This document shows positions 26,532 to 36,658 of a DNA stretch of 39,767 nt, piece by piece. Source of the DNA: a phage. The stretch lies in the sequence record PV935351.1. One strand, 5' to 3'. How positions within the stretch are numbered: the first letter of the stretch is position 1; the number at the start of each line of letters is the position of its first letter. A program made the translations under genes and the position numbers. Under the pieces are notes generated by a model that worked only from the letters and a program-made list of their open reading frames with translations, searched no databases and was not told where the DNA came from.

Positions 26532-28814
26532 ATGGCTAGTAATATTGAATCAGCTCTGGCTAATCGTACTATGGGTCGTGGCAGAGCGCCGGGTAAAGCT
26601 ATCGCCGTAAACTATCAAGCAGCCAGCGTTCAGGCTCCGACTGGGGACTCCGGTCTGGCTCGTGCGTTAACCAACTTCGTTGAGTCCGGGACTGGATTGT
26701 ACAAGCAGTTCAAGGACGAGGAGAAGACCAGAGCTGACGAGCGGTCTAACGAGATTATCCGTAAACTGACACCTCAGCAAAGACGTGAGGCTATCCAGAA
26801 CGGAACACTGCTGTATCAGGACGACCCTTACGCTATGGAAGCACTTCGAGTCAAGACAGGTCGTAACGCTGCCTTTGCGGTGGATGACGAGATTAACGTT
26901 AAGATTCAGAACGGTGAGTTCCGTACACGTCAGGACATGGAAGAGTATCGCCACCAGCGACTTCAGGACGCCGCTAAGTCCTATGCTGAAGAGGCGGGTA
27001 TCAACCCTACAGACGAGTTCTTCCAGCGTGGGTTCAACGATAACATCACAGACCGCAACATCGCTATCTATGGGTCTTTCAATAAGTATTTCAGCAAGCA
27101 GTCTGAAGAGACAGCAATGTTGAACACTCGTATTGAGATGAACTCATTCCTGAACGATGGCGACCTGATGCGTTCACCTGAGTCTGGCAAGACATTCACG
27201 GCCTACCTTCGTGATGGACTGACTACTGCTGCTATACCCTCGGACCAGCGAGCGCGGGAGGTCATTACCCAGACGGTCCGTGACGCAATCCAGAAGTCAG
27301 GCGGCTCAAACTTCCTACAGCAAGTCCGTGGCGAGCGTATCACCCTTAACGGTGTTGACGCTACCATCGAAGAGATTGTAGGACCTGACGTCTTCAATGC
27401 TGCTATGGTTGAGGCCCAAGGTACTGAGTATAAACTGGTGGCTAAGTATCAGGAAGACTTGTCGTTAGGTGTTCAGTCTGCAATTCTTCAGGATGACCCA
27501 ACCATCGGTCTGGCCCAGATTCAGAAACTCAAGGAGCAGAACAACCTGCTTCAGCCGGGTGAAGAACTAACGCCTCAGCGTCAGATGCTTATTAATGCCG
27601 AAGCCAGCTTACTGGAAGCGGTCAAGCGTAAGTCCGCTGAACAGGCTAAGGAGAACACTAAGTTAATCCAGACCCAGAACAAGCAACTTGTCATCGACCA
27701 AGTGTATCAGCGACGTCTGGCTGGAGACAACGTGTCCACCAACTATGAGGACCTTCCGGTCTCTGAAGCCACAGGAGAGTTCAAGCGTTCAGACATGAAC
27801 AACTATGCGTCTTCTAAGCTACAGCAGATTGACCAGATGGACATCCCTGAGGCTGCTAAGGACGCCCAGAAGGTGGCATTGTTAAGAGCTGACACTAACA
27901 ACGGTCCGTTCCGTAATGCCTTCCAGACGCTTACTCAGGACGCCGCTGGTGAGTGGCAAGCTGCTGTCATCCGTGGACAGTACGACCCAGACAAGATGAA
28001 ACGCTTCGAGTCTCTTCGTCGTGCCTACACTCAGGACCCTTCAAGTTTCGCTGCTCTGTATCCTGACCAAGCTCAGTTGTTCTCTACGTTCGACCAGATG
28101 GACAAGATGGGTCTGGACCCTCAGACGATGATTGAAGCTGATAAGCAAGCTGCAAGTCAAAGCCGCGAGATGCGCATGGAGTCAGACAAGGCGTGGCAGG
28201 AGTTGAAGAACGACTCCAAGAACACCCAGTTGTCTCGCCTCCCAACGTCTCTGGACTCAAGTGCTCGTAAGGTCTGGGACTCATGGTACTATCGTACAGG
28301 TAACGCTGACGCTGCAACGCAGCAGACTCAACGCTGGCTGAATGAGAACACCGTAACGTTCCAGTCTGAAGGTTCTGATGGTAAGTCAATCGGCATGGTG
28401 TCCAAGCACCAGCTTATGGTCGGGGATAACCCAGAGTCGTGGCAGGTTGGTCGAGACATTATAGACACCGCCCGTAAGCAGCTCATTAAGACCAACCCTT
28501 GGGTAGTGAACTCTCAGTTGTCCGTTGTTGAACAGAACGGATCTATCTTCCTCCAAGACGCTACAGGGACTATTCGTATTCGCTACGATAAAGAACTTGT
28601 AGGTAAACTCTACCGCGAACAACAGCAGAAGGCACAAGATGCCGCATACGCTCAGGCAGAACGTGACGCTAACAAGCGAGCGCGTATCGTCGGGACTAAA
28701 GCTGCCGGTGACAAACGTCGAGCTGACCGAGAGGCCAACATCGAGAAGCGCGGAGGGATGTACAATGACGTCTCATTGGAGGGTATCGCAAACGTACTAA
28801 TCGGTAAGGAGTAA
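26532..28814 (+). CDS. 15: internal virion protein C
   Basis: 760 aa; size and position of T7 gp15 (747 aa); GAGGAGG RBS. Confidence 0.9.
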   Translation: MASNIESALANRTMGRGRAPGKAIAVNYQAASVQAPTGDSGLARALTNFVESGTGLYKQFKDEEKTRADERSNEIIRKLTPQQRREAIQNGTLLYQDDPYAMEALRVKTGRNAAFAVDDEINVKIQNGEFRTRQDMEEYRHQRLQDAAKSYAEEAGINPTDEFFQRGFNDNITDRNIAIYGSFNKYFSKQSEETAMLNTRIEMNSFLNDGDLMRSPESGKTFTAYLRDGLTTAAIPSDQRAREVITQTVRDAIQKSGGSNFLQQVRGERITLNGVDATIEEIVGPDVFNAAMVEAQGTEYKLVAKYQEDLSLGVQSAILQDDPTIGLAQIQKLKEQNNLLQPGEELTPQRQMLINAEASLLEAVKRKSAEQAKENTKLIQTQNKQLVIDQVYQRRLAGDNVSTNYEDLPVSEATGEFKRSDMNNYASSKLQQIDQMDIPEAAKDAQKVALLRADTNNGPFRNAFQTLTQDAAGEWQAAVIRGQYDPDKMKRFESLRRAYTQDPSSFAALYPDQAQLFSTFDQMDKMGLDPQTMIEADKQAASQSREMRMESDKAWQELKNDSKNTQLSRLPTSLDSSARKVWDSWYYRTGNADAATQQTQRWLNENTVTFQSEGSDGKSIGMVSKHQLMVGDNPESWQVGRDIIDTARKQLIKTNPWVVNSQLSVVEQNGSIFLQDATGTIRIRYDKELVGKLYREQQQKAQDAAYAQAERDANKRARIVGTKAAGDKRRADREANIEKRGGMYNDVSLEGIANVLIGKE

Positions 28815-28818
28815 CATA

Positions 28819-31800
28819 ATGGCGACTCGTGGTATTCGCAATAACAATCCTGGTAATATACGGGTAAGTAAGGACCAATGGGAAGGAATGACTGGAGATG
28901 ATGGCGCCTTCGTCACCTTCGATAGTCCAGAGTCTGGCGTCCGAGCTTTAGGTAAAAACCTGCTGTCCTACGGTCGCCAAGGTTATGACTCCATCGAGAA
29001 GATTATCAACCGATGGGCACCTCCTAACGAGAACGAAACTAAGGCTTATATTGACTCAGTGGTGGCTGCAACTGGTATTCCAGCTACCCAGAGTCTCGAC
29101 CTATCGAACCCGGACACCCTGTCTTCTCTGGCTCAAGCTATCAGCTTCCATGAGACAGGCTCCCGGTACGACCCTGAAGTCTATCAGAAGGGAGTCGCAC
29201 GAGCACTCAATGGCATTAGCCCAAAGACTCCACCAGTAAGCGCTAACGTATTTGACGCACTCACGGAAGGACTCAAGGCTAAACCTAAAGTAGCTCTTGG
29301 CGAGAACCTTCCGACCGCTGCTGGTCTAAACATTGAGGGTCAAGCACCTGAAGCTCCCAACGAATCGTTCGGTGAGATGTTCTATAAGTCTACTGGCGAG
29401 ACCATGCAGGAACGAGAGGATCGCTCTACGTGGTTCGGTTTCGGCTCGGCTACAGAAGCTGAAGTGAAGAACTCTATGGTCGGCGTGGCTATCCGCGCTG
29501 GTCAGACCGAGGACTCACTTGATGTCATTGGCGATGTGTTCAACCCTACCCGCTGGAACAACCATAAGTGGTCTCGTGAGGAGCTGGACCAGATTCGTAA
29601 CGCTGGAGTTCTCCCTCAGTATTACGGTGTCATTACTGGTGGCTCCCCTCAGAACCTGACCGAGCTTATTAACTTAGCGCTTGAGAACCAGAAGTTGGAC
29701 CAAGAGAAGGCCAAGGCTGGGACTGGTGCTCAGTTAGCTGCTGGTGTGATTGGCGCTGGTGTGGACCCTCTGACCTACGTTCCTATCGCTGGACAGATTG
29801 GTAAGGGTGGCAAGCTGGTCAACAAGATGTTCACCGTGGCTGCTCAATCTGGAGCACTTGCTGGTGTATCAGAGATGGCCCGTACCTCAGTGGCTGGTGG
29901 TGATGCTCATGTGGCTGAGGCTATCCTTGGCGGTGCTCTCTTCGGTGGCGGTATGACTGCTATCGCTGATGGCTTAGGCAGAGCCTTAGGCCGTAACACT
30001 AACGAGTTCGCTGGACCAGCCACACGTCTGGAAGCTCGTGAGACAGCCCGTAACGTTGATGGTCAGGACCTGTCTCGTCTACCTATTCAAGAAGGTGAGG
30101 AGACCTTTAGTTATCAAGGCGTTAAGTTCGCTGACGTTCCGAATGAGCCGGGTAGTGTACGACTGGAAGATGGTTCAATCCTGATTGGTGAAAACCCTCT
30201 GAACCCTAAGACACGTCAAGTCTTTGACGAAGTGATTGAGCCTGAACGGGCCGCTGCGGGTGTGAACCTTGGTGGTCTGACTGAGATTGGCCTGAAGCTG
30301 CTTCGGTCTGAGAACCCTGAGATTCGTGGAGTAGCTTCTGACTTAGTGCGTTCACCAACTGGTATGCAGTCTGGGGCCTCAGGTAAAATCGGGACCACTG
30401 CGTCTGACGTATTCGAGAGACTTCGTGCTGTTGACCATCGGTTCTACAACGACATCGACGATGCGGTTACTGAGGCACTGAAGGACCCGTACTTCCAGAC
30501 AGCATTCTGGCGAGACTCTGGAGCATTCCGTCAGGACATCTACCAGCGCGTGTCTATGGCTATCGAAGATGGCAGCGGAAACCTGAAGGCTGAACTGACT
30601 CCGGGAGAACTGAAAGTCTATGACCTGCTGAAGAACCAGTTTGACGCCAAGCGTGAGATGATGGAGAACCCGGCGATGTTTGGTCGTCCAGACGCTCAGT
30701 CTATCTTTCCGGGTAGCCGCTTCAAGGGAACCTACGTCCCTCATGTGTATAGCAAACAGATGAAGGAGCTGTACACCAAGGAGCTTGGGAGTCCAGAGGC
30801 GTTGCAGGAGGCCATCAAGAAGTCATGGTTGACCAGCTATGCGTCTCGACCTGAAGTCAAGAAACGCGTGGACGAGGCACTCTTAGAGTCTGACCCTACG
30901 TTGACTCCAGAGGGACTTGCTGCTGCGGTCGATAAGTACGCCAACGATAAGGCTTACGGTATCTCCCACACCGAGCAGTTCGAACGTTCATCCGTAATGG
31001 AAGAGAACATCAACGGTCTGGTTGGTCTGGAGAACAACAGCTTCCTTGAGGCTCGTAACCTGTTCGATAGCGATATGTCAATCGTCCTACCTAACGGTCA
31101 GACCTTCAGTGTCAACAACCTGCGTGAGTGGGACATGGACAAGATTGTCCCGGCCTACAACCGTCGAGTTAATGGCGATATTGCTATCATGGCTGGTACA
31201 GGCAAAACCACGAAGGACATGAAGGACTTGGTTGAGACCATGATGAACAAGGCTGGGGATGACGGTAAGTTGAAAGGTGAAGTATCTACCTTACGTGACA
31301 CCTTGAAGATTCTAACTGGTCGTGCTCGACGTGATGGTGCTGACGATGCAGCCTTCGCTACCGTGATGCGCACAATGACAGACCTATCGTTCTTCGCTAA
31401 GAATGCCTACATGGGTGTTCAGAACTTAACGGAGATTGGTGGTATGCTGGCTCGTGGCAACGTTCGTGCAATGCTGCATGGAGTCCCGATTTTCCGTGAC
31501 CTAGCCTTCCGTAACAAGAAGGTTGGGGCCTCAGAGATTAAGGACCTGCACAATGTTATCTTCGGTAAGGAACTGGATGACTCAATCCGTCCGTCTAAAC
31601 AGGATGTCATTGACCGTCTGCGATCTTACAGTGACCTCGGTCGTGGTACAGCTACAGCTCTGGGGACTGCCAAGTATTACACTGGCGAACTTGCAGTACG
31701 CTCTCCGTTCACTAAAGTCCTCAACGGTACGACCAACTACCTGTTAGATGCTGGACGTCAAGGCTTCCTGTCTGACATCGTTGAGCATAGCCTGACTGGT

Positions 31801-32706
31801 AGTAAGCGTAAGTTCGATGACCGCTGGCTGAAGACCGCTGGTATATCTGACGAGCAGTGGAATGGCATTAAGTCCCTAATCCGTGAGTCAGTGACTCGTG
31901 GTCCAGACGGGAAGTACACCATCAAGGATAAGAAGGCGTTCAGTCAGGACCCAAGGGCTATGGACCTATGGCGTATGGGTGATACCATCGCTGACGAAAC
32001 GTTACTACGTCCTCATAAGCTGTCCAACATGGACGCAAAGGCTTATGGTCCTATCGCTAAGACTGTCCTTCAGTTTAAGAACTTCGTCATCAAGTCCATC
32101 AATGGGCGAACCATGCGTACCTTCTATAACGCCACGAAGAACAACCGAGCGATTGACGCTGCACTATCGACCGTGATGTCTATGGGTCTGGCTGGTATCT
32201 ACTACATGGCTCAGGCGCACGTCAAGGCTTATGCTATGCAGGATGGTCGAGACCGTGACTACCTTAAGCAAGCTCTGGACCCGACGATGATTGGTTATGC
32301 GGCTCTGTCCCGTAGTTCACATCTGGGTGGACCACTTGGGGTAGCTAACATTCTGGGTGGCATCGCTGGGTATGAGGACACTAAGATGCTCCGTTCGTCT
32401 ATCCTACCTCGTTCGCCCACAGAGAAGCCTGAACGTGCCATCGCGTATGGTGCAGCTACAAGTGACCCTGTGATGAATGTTGTTGGTAACTTCTTGGAGC
32501 AGGTTCCAGCTTTCGGATATGCTGCTAACGTTGGTGCTTCGGCTTATAACTTGGCTGGCTACCTGAAGGCCGACACTCGGGTAAACGAGCGAGACTACAT
32601 GACCGGGATGTATAACACCTTCCGTGAACTGGTTCCGAACGACCCGATTACTCAGAAGTTGCTACTGGGAACGTTTGAGGAGCAAGGTATCCACATCAAG
32701 GACTAA
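28819..32706 (+). CDS. 16: internal virion protein D (ejection core) with a non-T7-type N-terminal domain
   Basis: 1295 aa; from about residue 200 collinear with recalled T7 gp16 (TWFGFG, VRSPTGMQSGASGK, RPEVKKRVDE, MPAYDRRVNGDIAIMG, LSRSS); the N-terminal 130 aa lack the T7 transglycosylase TESRF motif. Confidence 0.93.
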   Translation: MATRGIRNNNPGNIRVSKDQWEGMTGDDGAFVTFDSPESGVRALGKNLLSYGRQGYDSIEKIINRWAPPNENETKAYIDSVVAATGIPATQSLDLSNPDTLSSLAQAISFHETGSRYDPEVYQKGVARALNGISPKTPPVSANVFDALTEGLKAKPKVALGENLPTAAGLNIEGQAPEAPNESFGEMFYKSTGETMQEREDRSTWFGFGSATEAEVKNSMVGVAIRAGQTEDSLDVIGDVFNPTRWNNHKWSREELDQIRNAGVLPQYYGVITGGSPQNLTELINLALENQKLDQEKAKAGTGAQLAAGVIGAGVDPLTYVPIAGQIGKGGKLVNKMFTVAAQSGALAGVSEMARTSVAGGDAHVAEAILGGALFGGGMTAIADGLGRALGRNTNEFAGPATRLEARETARNVDGQDLSRLPIQEGEETFSYQGVKFADVPNEPGSVRLEDGSILIGENPLNPKTRQVFDEVIEPERAAAGVNLGGLTEIGLKLLRSENPEIRGVASDLVRSPTGMQSGASGKIGTTASDVFERLRAVDHRFYNDIDDAVTEALKDPYFQTAFWRDSGAFRQDIYQRVSMAIEDGSGNLKAELTPGELKVYDLLKNQFDAKREMMENPAMFGRPDAQSIFPGSRFKGTYVPHVYSKQMKELYTKELGSPEALQEAIKKSWLTSYASRPEVKKRVDEALLESDPTLTPEGLAAAVDKYANDKAYGISHTEQFERSSVMEENINGLVGLENNSFLEARNLFDSDMSIVLPNGQTFSVNNLREWDMDKIVPAYNRRVNGDIAIMAGTGKTTKDMKDLVETMMNKAGDDGKLKGEVSTLRDTLKILTGRARRDGADDAAFATVMRTMTDLSFFAKNAYMGVQNLTEIGGMLARGNVRAMLHGVPIFRDLAFRNKKVGASEIKDLHNVIFGKELDDSIRPSKQDVIDRLRSYSDLGRGTATALGTAKYYTGELAVRSPFTKVLNGTTNYLLDAGRQGFLSDIVEHSLTGSKRKFDDRWLKTAGISDEQWNGIKSLIRESVTRGPDGKYTIKDKKAFSQDPRAMDLWRMGDTIADETLLRPHKLSNMDAKAYGPIAKTVLQFKNFVIKSINGRTMRTFYNATKNNRAIDAALSTVMSMGLAGIYYMAQAHVKAYAMQDGRDRDYLKQALDPTMIGYAALSRSSHLGGPLGVANILGGIAGYEDTKMLRSSILPRSPTEKPERAIAYGAATSDPVMNVVGNFLEQVPAFGYAANVGASAYNLAGYLKADTRVNERDYMTGMYNTFRELVPNDPITQKLLLGTFEEQGIHIKD

Positions 32707-32724
32707 ACTATCACTATAGGAAAC
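32702..32724 (+). promoter_or_regulatory. phage RNAP promoter for the tail fibre gene
   Basis: CTAAACTATCACTATAGGAAAC, +1 G at 32719; overlaps the gene 16 stop. Confidence 0.8.
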
Positions 32725-32771
32725 TGGAGGCGCTACCATAGGTCTCCTTTTAATTCATAACAGGAGGCATA

Positions 32772-35700
32772 ATGTCCACGATTACACAATTCCCTTCAGG
32801 AAACACTCAGTACAGGATTGAGTTCGACTACCTAGCCAGAACGTTTGTGGTTGTTACGCTGGTGAATAGCTCTAACCCTACCATGAACCGTGTACTGGAA
32901 GTTGGTCGAGATTACCGATTCCTTAATCCAACGATGATTGAGATGTTGGTTGACCAATCAGGTTTCGACATCGTTCGTATTCACCGTCAGACTGGAACTG
33001 ACTTAGTGGTAGACTTCAGGAATGGCTCAGTGTTGACAGCTAGTGACCTGACCAATTCAGAGCTTCAGGCTATCCATATTGCAGAAGAAGGTCGAGACCA
33101 AACGGTTGACTTAGCGAAGGAATATGCCGATGCTGCTAGTAGCTCTGCTGGCAACGCTAAGGATAGCGAGGACGAAGCACGACGAATCGCTGAGAGTATC
33201 AGGGAAGCTGGTCTAATTGGCTATATTACCCGTCGCTCCTTCGAGAAAGGCTACAACGTTACAACATGGAGCGAGGTCCTGCTATGGGAAGAGGATGGTG
33301 ATTATTACCGCTGGGATGGTACGCTTCCAAAGAACGTTCCTGCTGGTTCAACTCCTGAAACTTCCGGTGGGATTGGATTAGGTGCGTGGGTTAGTGTTGG
33401 TGATGCTGCTTTAAGAAGTCAGATTTCAAACCCGGAGGGGGCAATACTCTACCCTGAATTACATAGAGCACGCTGGCTTGATGAAAAAGATGTGCGTGGT
33501 TGGGGTGCTAAAGGGGATGGTGTCACTGATGATACAGCAGCGTTAACGAGCGCATTAAGCGCCACACCTGTTGGACAAAAGGTTAATGGCAATGGGAAGA
33601 CATATAAGGTCACATCACTTCCTGACATTAGTCGCTTCATCAACACTCGTTTCGTTTATGAGCGCATTCCCGGACAACCTCTTTATTATGCCTCTGAAGA
33701 ATTTGTTCAGGGTGAGCTATTCAAAATAACTGACACCCCTTATTACAATGCGTGGCCTCAGGATAAAGCGTTCGTATATGAGAATGTGATATATGCACCT
33801 TACATGGGTAGCGATCGTCATGGTGTTAGTCGTCTGCATGTATCATGGGTTAAGTCTGGTGATGACGGTCAAACATGGTCTACTCCAGAGTGGTTAACTG
33901 ATCTGCATCCAGATTACCCTACAGTGAACTATCATTGTATGAGTATGGGTGTATGTCGCAACCGTCTGTTTGCCATGATTGAAACACGTACTTTAGCCAA
34001 GAACGCATTAACCAATTGTGCATTGTGGGATCGCCCCATGTCTCGTAGCCTGCATCTTACTGGTGGTATCACTAAAGCTGCAAATCAGCAATATGCAACA
34101 ATACATGTACCAGACCACGGACTATTCGTTGGTGATTTTGTTAACTTCTCTAATTCTGCGGTAACAGGTGTCTCCGGTGACATGACTGTTGCAACCGTAA
34201 TAGATAAGGACAACTTCACGGTTCTTACACCCAACCAGCAGACTTCAGATTTGAATAACGCTGGAAAGAATTGGCACATGGGTACTTCTTTCCATAAGTC
34301 GCCATGGCGTAAGACAGACCTTGGTCTAATCCCTCGTGTCACAGAGGTGCATAGCTTTGCTACTATTGATAACAATGGCTTTGTTATGGGTTATCATCAA
34401 GGCGATGTAGCTCCATGCGAAGTTGGACTTTTCTATTTCCCTGACGCTTTCAATAGCCCATCTAGTTATGTTCGTCGTCAGATACCATCTGAGTATGAAC
34501 CAGATGCGTCAGAGCCGTGCATCAAGTACTATGACGGTGTATTATACCTTATCACTCGTGGCACTCGTGGGGATAGACTGGGTAGCTCTTTGCATCGTAG
34601 TAGAGACATAGGTCAGACTTGGGAGTCGCTGAGATTTCCACATAATGTTCATCATACTACATTACCTTTTGCTAAAGTAGGGGATGACCTTATTATGTTT
34701 GGTTCAGAACGTGCAGAAAATGAATGGGAAGAAGGTGCGCAAGATGATCGTTACAAGGCATCTTATCCTCGCACCTTCTATGCACGCTTGAATGTAAACA
34801 ATTGGAATGCAGACGATATTGAATGGGTTAACATCACTGACCAGATTTATCAGGGCGGAATAGTTAACTCAGGTGTAGGCGTTGGTTCGGTAGTTGTGAA
34901 GGATAGTTACATCTACTACATGTTTGGTGGAGAGGACCATTTTAACCCATGGTCATATGGAGATAACTCAGCGAAGGATCCATTCAAAGCAGATGGTCAT
35001 CCCTCAGATTTGTATTGCTACAAAATGAAGATTGGCCCAGACAATCGTGTTTCAAGGGATTTCAGGTATGGTGCTGTACCTAACAGAGCTGTTCCCGTGT
35101 TTTTTGATACGAATGGGATTCGCACTGTTCCTGCGCCAATTGAATTTACAGGGGATTTAGGTTTAGGTCATGTGACCATTAGAGCCAGCACCAGTAGTAA
35201 CATTCGCTCTGAAGTTTTAATGGAAGGTGAATATGGGTTTATCGGAAAATCTATACCGACTGATAACCCGGCAGGGCAGCGCACTATATTTTGCGGAGGC
35301 GACAGTACCAGTTCTTCTTCTGGTGCACAGATTACGCTTTATGGTGCAAATAACACCGACTCAAAGCGAATAGTTTACAATGGTGCTGAGCATCTGTTCC
35401 AGACTGCTGACGTTAAGCCTTATAACGATAACGTCACTGCGCTTGGTGGGCCTAGCAACCGTTTCACCACTGCATACCTCGGAAGCAACCCTATTGTTAC
35501 TTCTAACGGGGAGAGGAAAACAGAGCCGGTAGTTTTTGATGATGCTTTCCTTGATGCCTGGGGTGATGTTCACTACATCATGTACCAGTGGTTGGATGCT
35601 GTTCAACTGAAAGGCAATGATGCTCGTATTCACTTCGGTGTTATTGCTCAGCAAATTCGTGATGTATTCATTGCGCATGGTCTGATGGACGAAAACAGTA

Positions 35701-35966
35701 CGAATTGTCGTTATGCTGTTCTGTGCTATGACAAGTATCCACGGATGACCGATACGGTATTTTCGCACAATGAAATCATTGAACACACTGACGAGGAGGG
35801 TAATGTCACTACTACGGAAGAACCTGTATACACCGAGGTGGTTATTCACGAAGAGGGTGAGGAGTGGGGTGTTCGGCCTGACGGAATTTTCTTTGCTGAA
35901 GCCGCTTATCAGAGAAGAAAACTGGAAAGAATCGAAGCCAGACTTTCTGCTCTTGAACAGAAGTAA
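32772..35966 (+). CDS. 17: tailspike endosialidase (endo-N-acetylneuraminidase) with gp17-like N-terminal adaptor and C-terminal chaperone domain
   Basis: 1064 aa; N-terminus MSTITQFPSGNTQYRIEFDYLARTF... is gp17-like; two Asp-boxes SGDDGQTW and SRDIGQTW; matches the endoNF precursor of phage K1F as I recall it; AT-richer from about 33420. Confidence 0.92.
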   Translation: MSTITQFPSGNTQYRIEFDYLARTFVVVTLVNSSNPTMNRVLEVGRDYRFLNPTMIEMLVDQSGFDIVRIHRQTGTDLVVDFRNGSVLTASDLTNSELQAIHIAEEGRDQTVDLAKEYADAASSSAGNAKDSEDEARRIAESIREAGLIGYITRRSFEKGYNVTTWSEVLLWEEDGDYYRWDGTLPKNVPAGSTPETSGGIGLGAWVSVGDAALRSQISNPEGAILYPELHRARWLDEKDVRGWGAKGDGVTDDTAALTSALSATPVGQKVNGNGKTYKVTSLPDISRFINTRFVYERIPGQPLYYASEEFVQGELFKITDTPYYNAWPQDKAFVYENVIYAPYMGSDRHGVSRLHVSWVKSGDDGQTWSTPEWLTDLHPDYPTVNYHCMSMGVCRNRLFAMIETRTLAKNALTNCALWDRPMSRSLHLTGGITKAANQQYATIHVPDHGLFVGDFVNFSNSAVTGVSGDMTVATVIDKDNFTVLTPNQQTSDLNNAGKNWHMGTSFHKSPWRKTDLGLIPRVTEVHSFATIDNNGFVMGYHQGDVAPCEVGLFYFPDAFNSPSSYVRRQIPSEYEPDASEPCIKYYDGVLYLITRGTRGDRLGSSLHRSRDIGQTWESLRFPHNVHHTTLPFAKVGDDLIMFGSERAENEWEEGAQDDRYKASYPRTFYARLNVNNWNADDIEWVNITDQIYQGGIVNSGVGVGSVVVKDSYIYYMFGGEDHFNPWSYGDNSAKDPFKADGHPSDLYCYKMKIGPDNRVSRDFRYGAVPNRAVPVFFDTNGIRTVPAPIEFTGDLGLGHVTIRASTSSNIRSEVLMEGEYGFIGKSIPTDNPAGQRTIFCGGDSTSSSSGAQITLYGANNTDSKRIVYNGAEHLFQTADVKPYNDNVTALGGPSNRFTTAYLGSNPIVTSNGERKTEPVVFDDAFLDAWGDVHYIMYQWLDAVQLKGNDARIHFGVIAQQIRDVFIAHGLMDENSTNCRYAVLCYDKYPRMTDTVFSHNEIIEHTDEEGNVTTTEEPVYTEVVIHEEGEEWGVRPDGIFFAEAAYQRRKLERIEARLSALEQK

Positions 35967-36099
35967 TAAACAAACCCTTTTGCCCTTAAGTTGGTTGGGT
36001 AGATGTTAGAAGGTTGGGGGAGGTAGAGGCTAACTACACACTAACCAACGTATGTAACAACTTTGGGTCATGGACGACCCGCTTTAAACTGGAGGTTTT

Positions 36100-36297
36100 A
36101 TGATTGAGTTAGACTTCAAGAATGAGGTCCTTAAAGCCTCTCCTATCGTCGGGACCGCTGCGGCTGATGGTGCCAGTCGGTTCTTCTTCGGACTTACGCT
36201 GAACGAATGGTTCTACGTTGCAGCTATCGCGTACACCGTTGTCCAGATTGGTGTGCTAGTCTACAAAACGATTAAAGGAGGCGGTGGTAAAACATGA
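36100..36297 (+). CDS. 17.5: holin
   Basis: 65 aa; FFFGLTLNEWFYVAAIAYTVVQIG nearly identical to recalled T7 gp17.5. Confidence 0.93.
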   Translation: MIELDFKNEVLKASPIVGTAAADGASRFFFGLTLNEWFYVAAIAYTVVQIGVLVYKTIKGGGGKT

Positions 36298-36557
36298 CGC
36301 AGATGGACTTAGAGAAGTTCCTCTTAATGCTAGATACTGAACGTGCTCGACTCATGCTGCAAGACCTGCGGGATGACACTAAGCGTTCACCTCAGCTCTA
36401 CAACGCCATTGAGAAGCTGCTTGCTCGTCACAACTTTGTGTTAAGCAAGGTGTCTGTTGACGAGAAGACGCTCGCTGATATGGAGGCCCTTAACGCAGAG
36501 TACGATAAGGTGCTCTCCGCTACGGAAGATAATGACACCGGGTATGGTGTTCAATAA
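36294..36557 (+). CDS. 18: terminase small subunit
   Basis: 87 aa; size and position of T7 gp18. Confidence 0.85.
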   Translation: MTQMDLEKFLLMLDTERARLMLQDLRDDTKRSPQLYNAIEKLLARHNFVLSKVSVDEKTLADMEALNAEYDKVLSATEDNDTGYGVQ

Positions 36558-36561
36558 GTGT

Positions 36562-36611
36562 TAGACTCAAGGTCATTACTATATGTAGTGGCCTTTATGG
36601 TTAACACTAAC
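36562..36611 (+). ncRNA. conserved structured RNA element, copy C (candidate RNase III site)
   Basis: TAGACTCAAGGTCAT, 11 variable nt, GTGGCCTTTATGGTTAACACTAACT; sits where T7 has the R18.5 site. Confidence 0.6.
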
Positions 36612-36658
36612 TAGTGGAGGCGACTCTACGTGAAATCTGATAAACCGGGAGGGCAACT

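Noticed and set aside
35361-35849. 162-aa minus-strand ORF opposite the endosialidase C-terminal domain
   Set aside because: Lies in the AT-rich part of gene 17 where random frames stay open more easily; antisense to a conserved domain.
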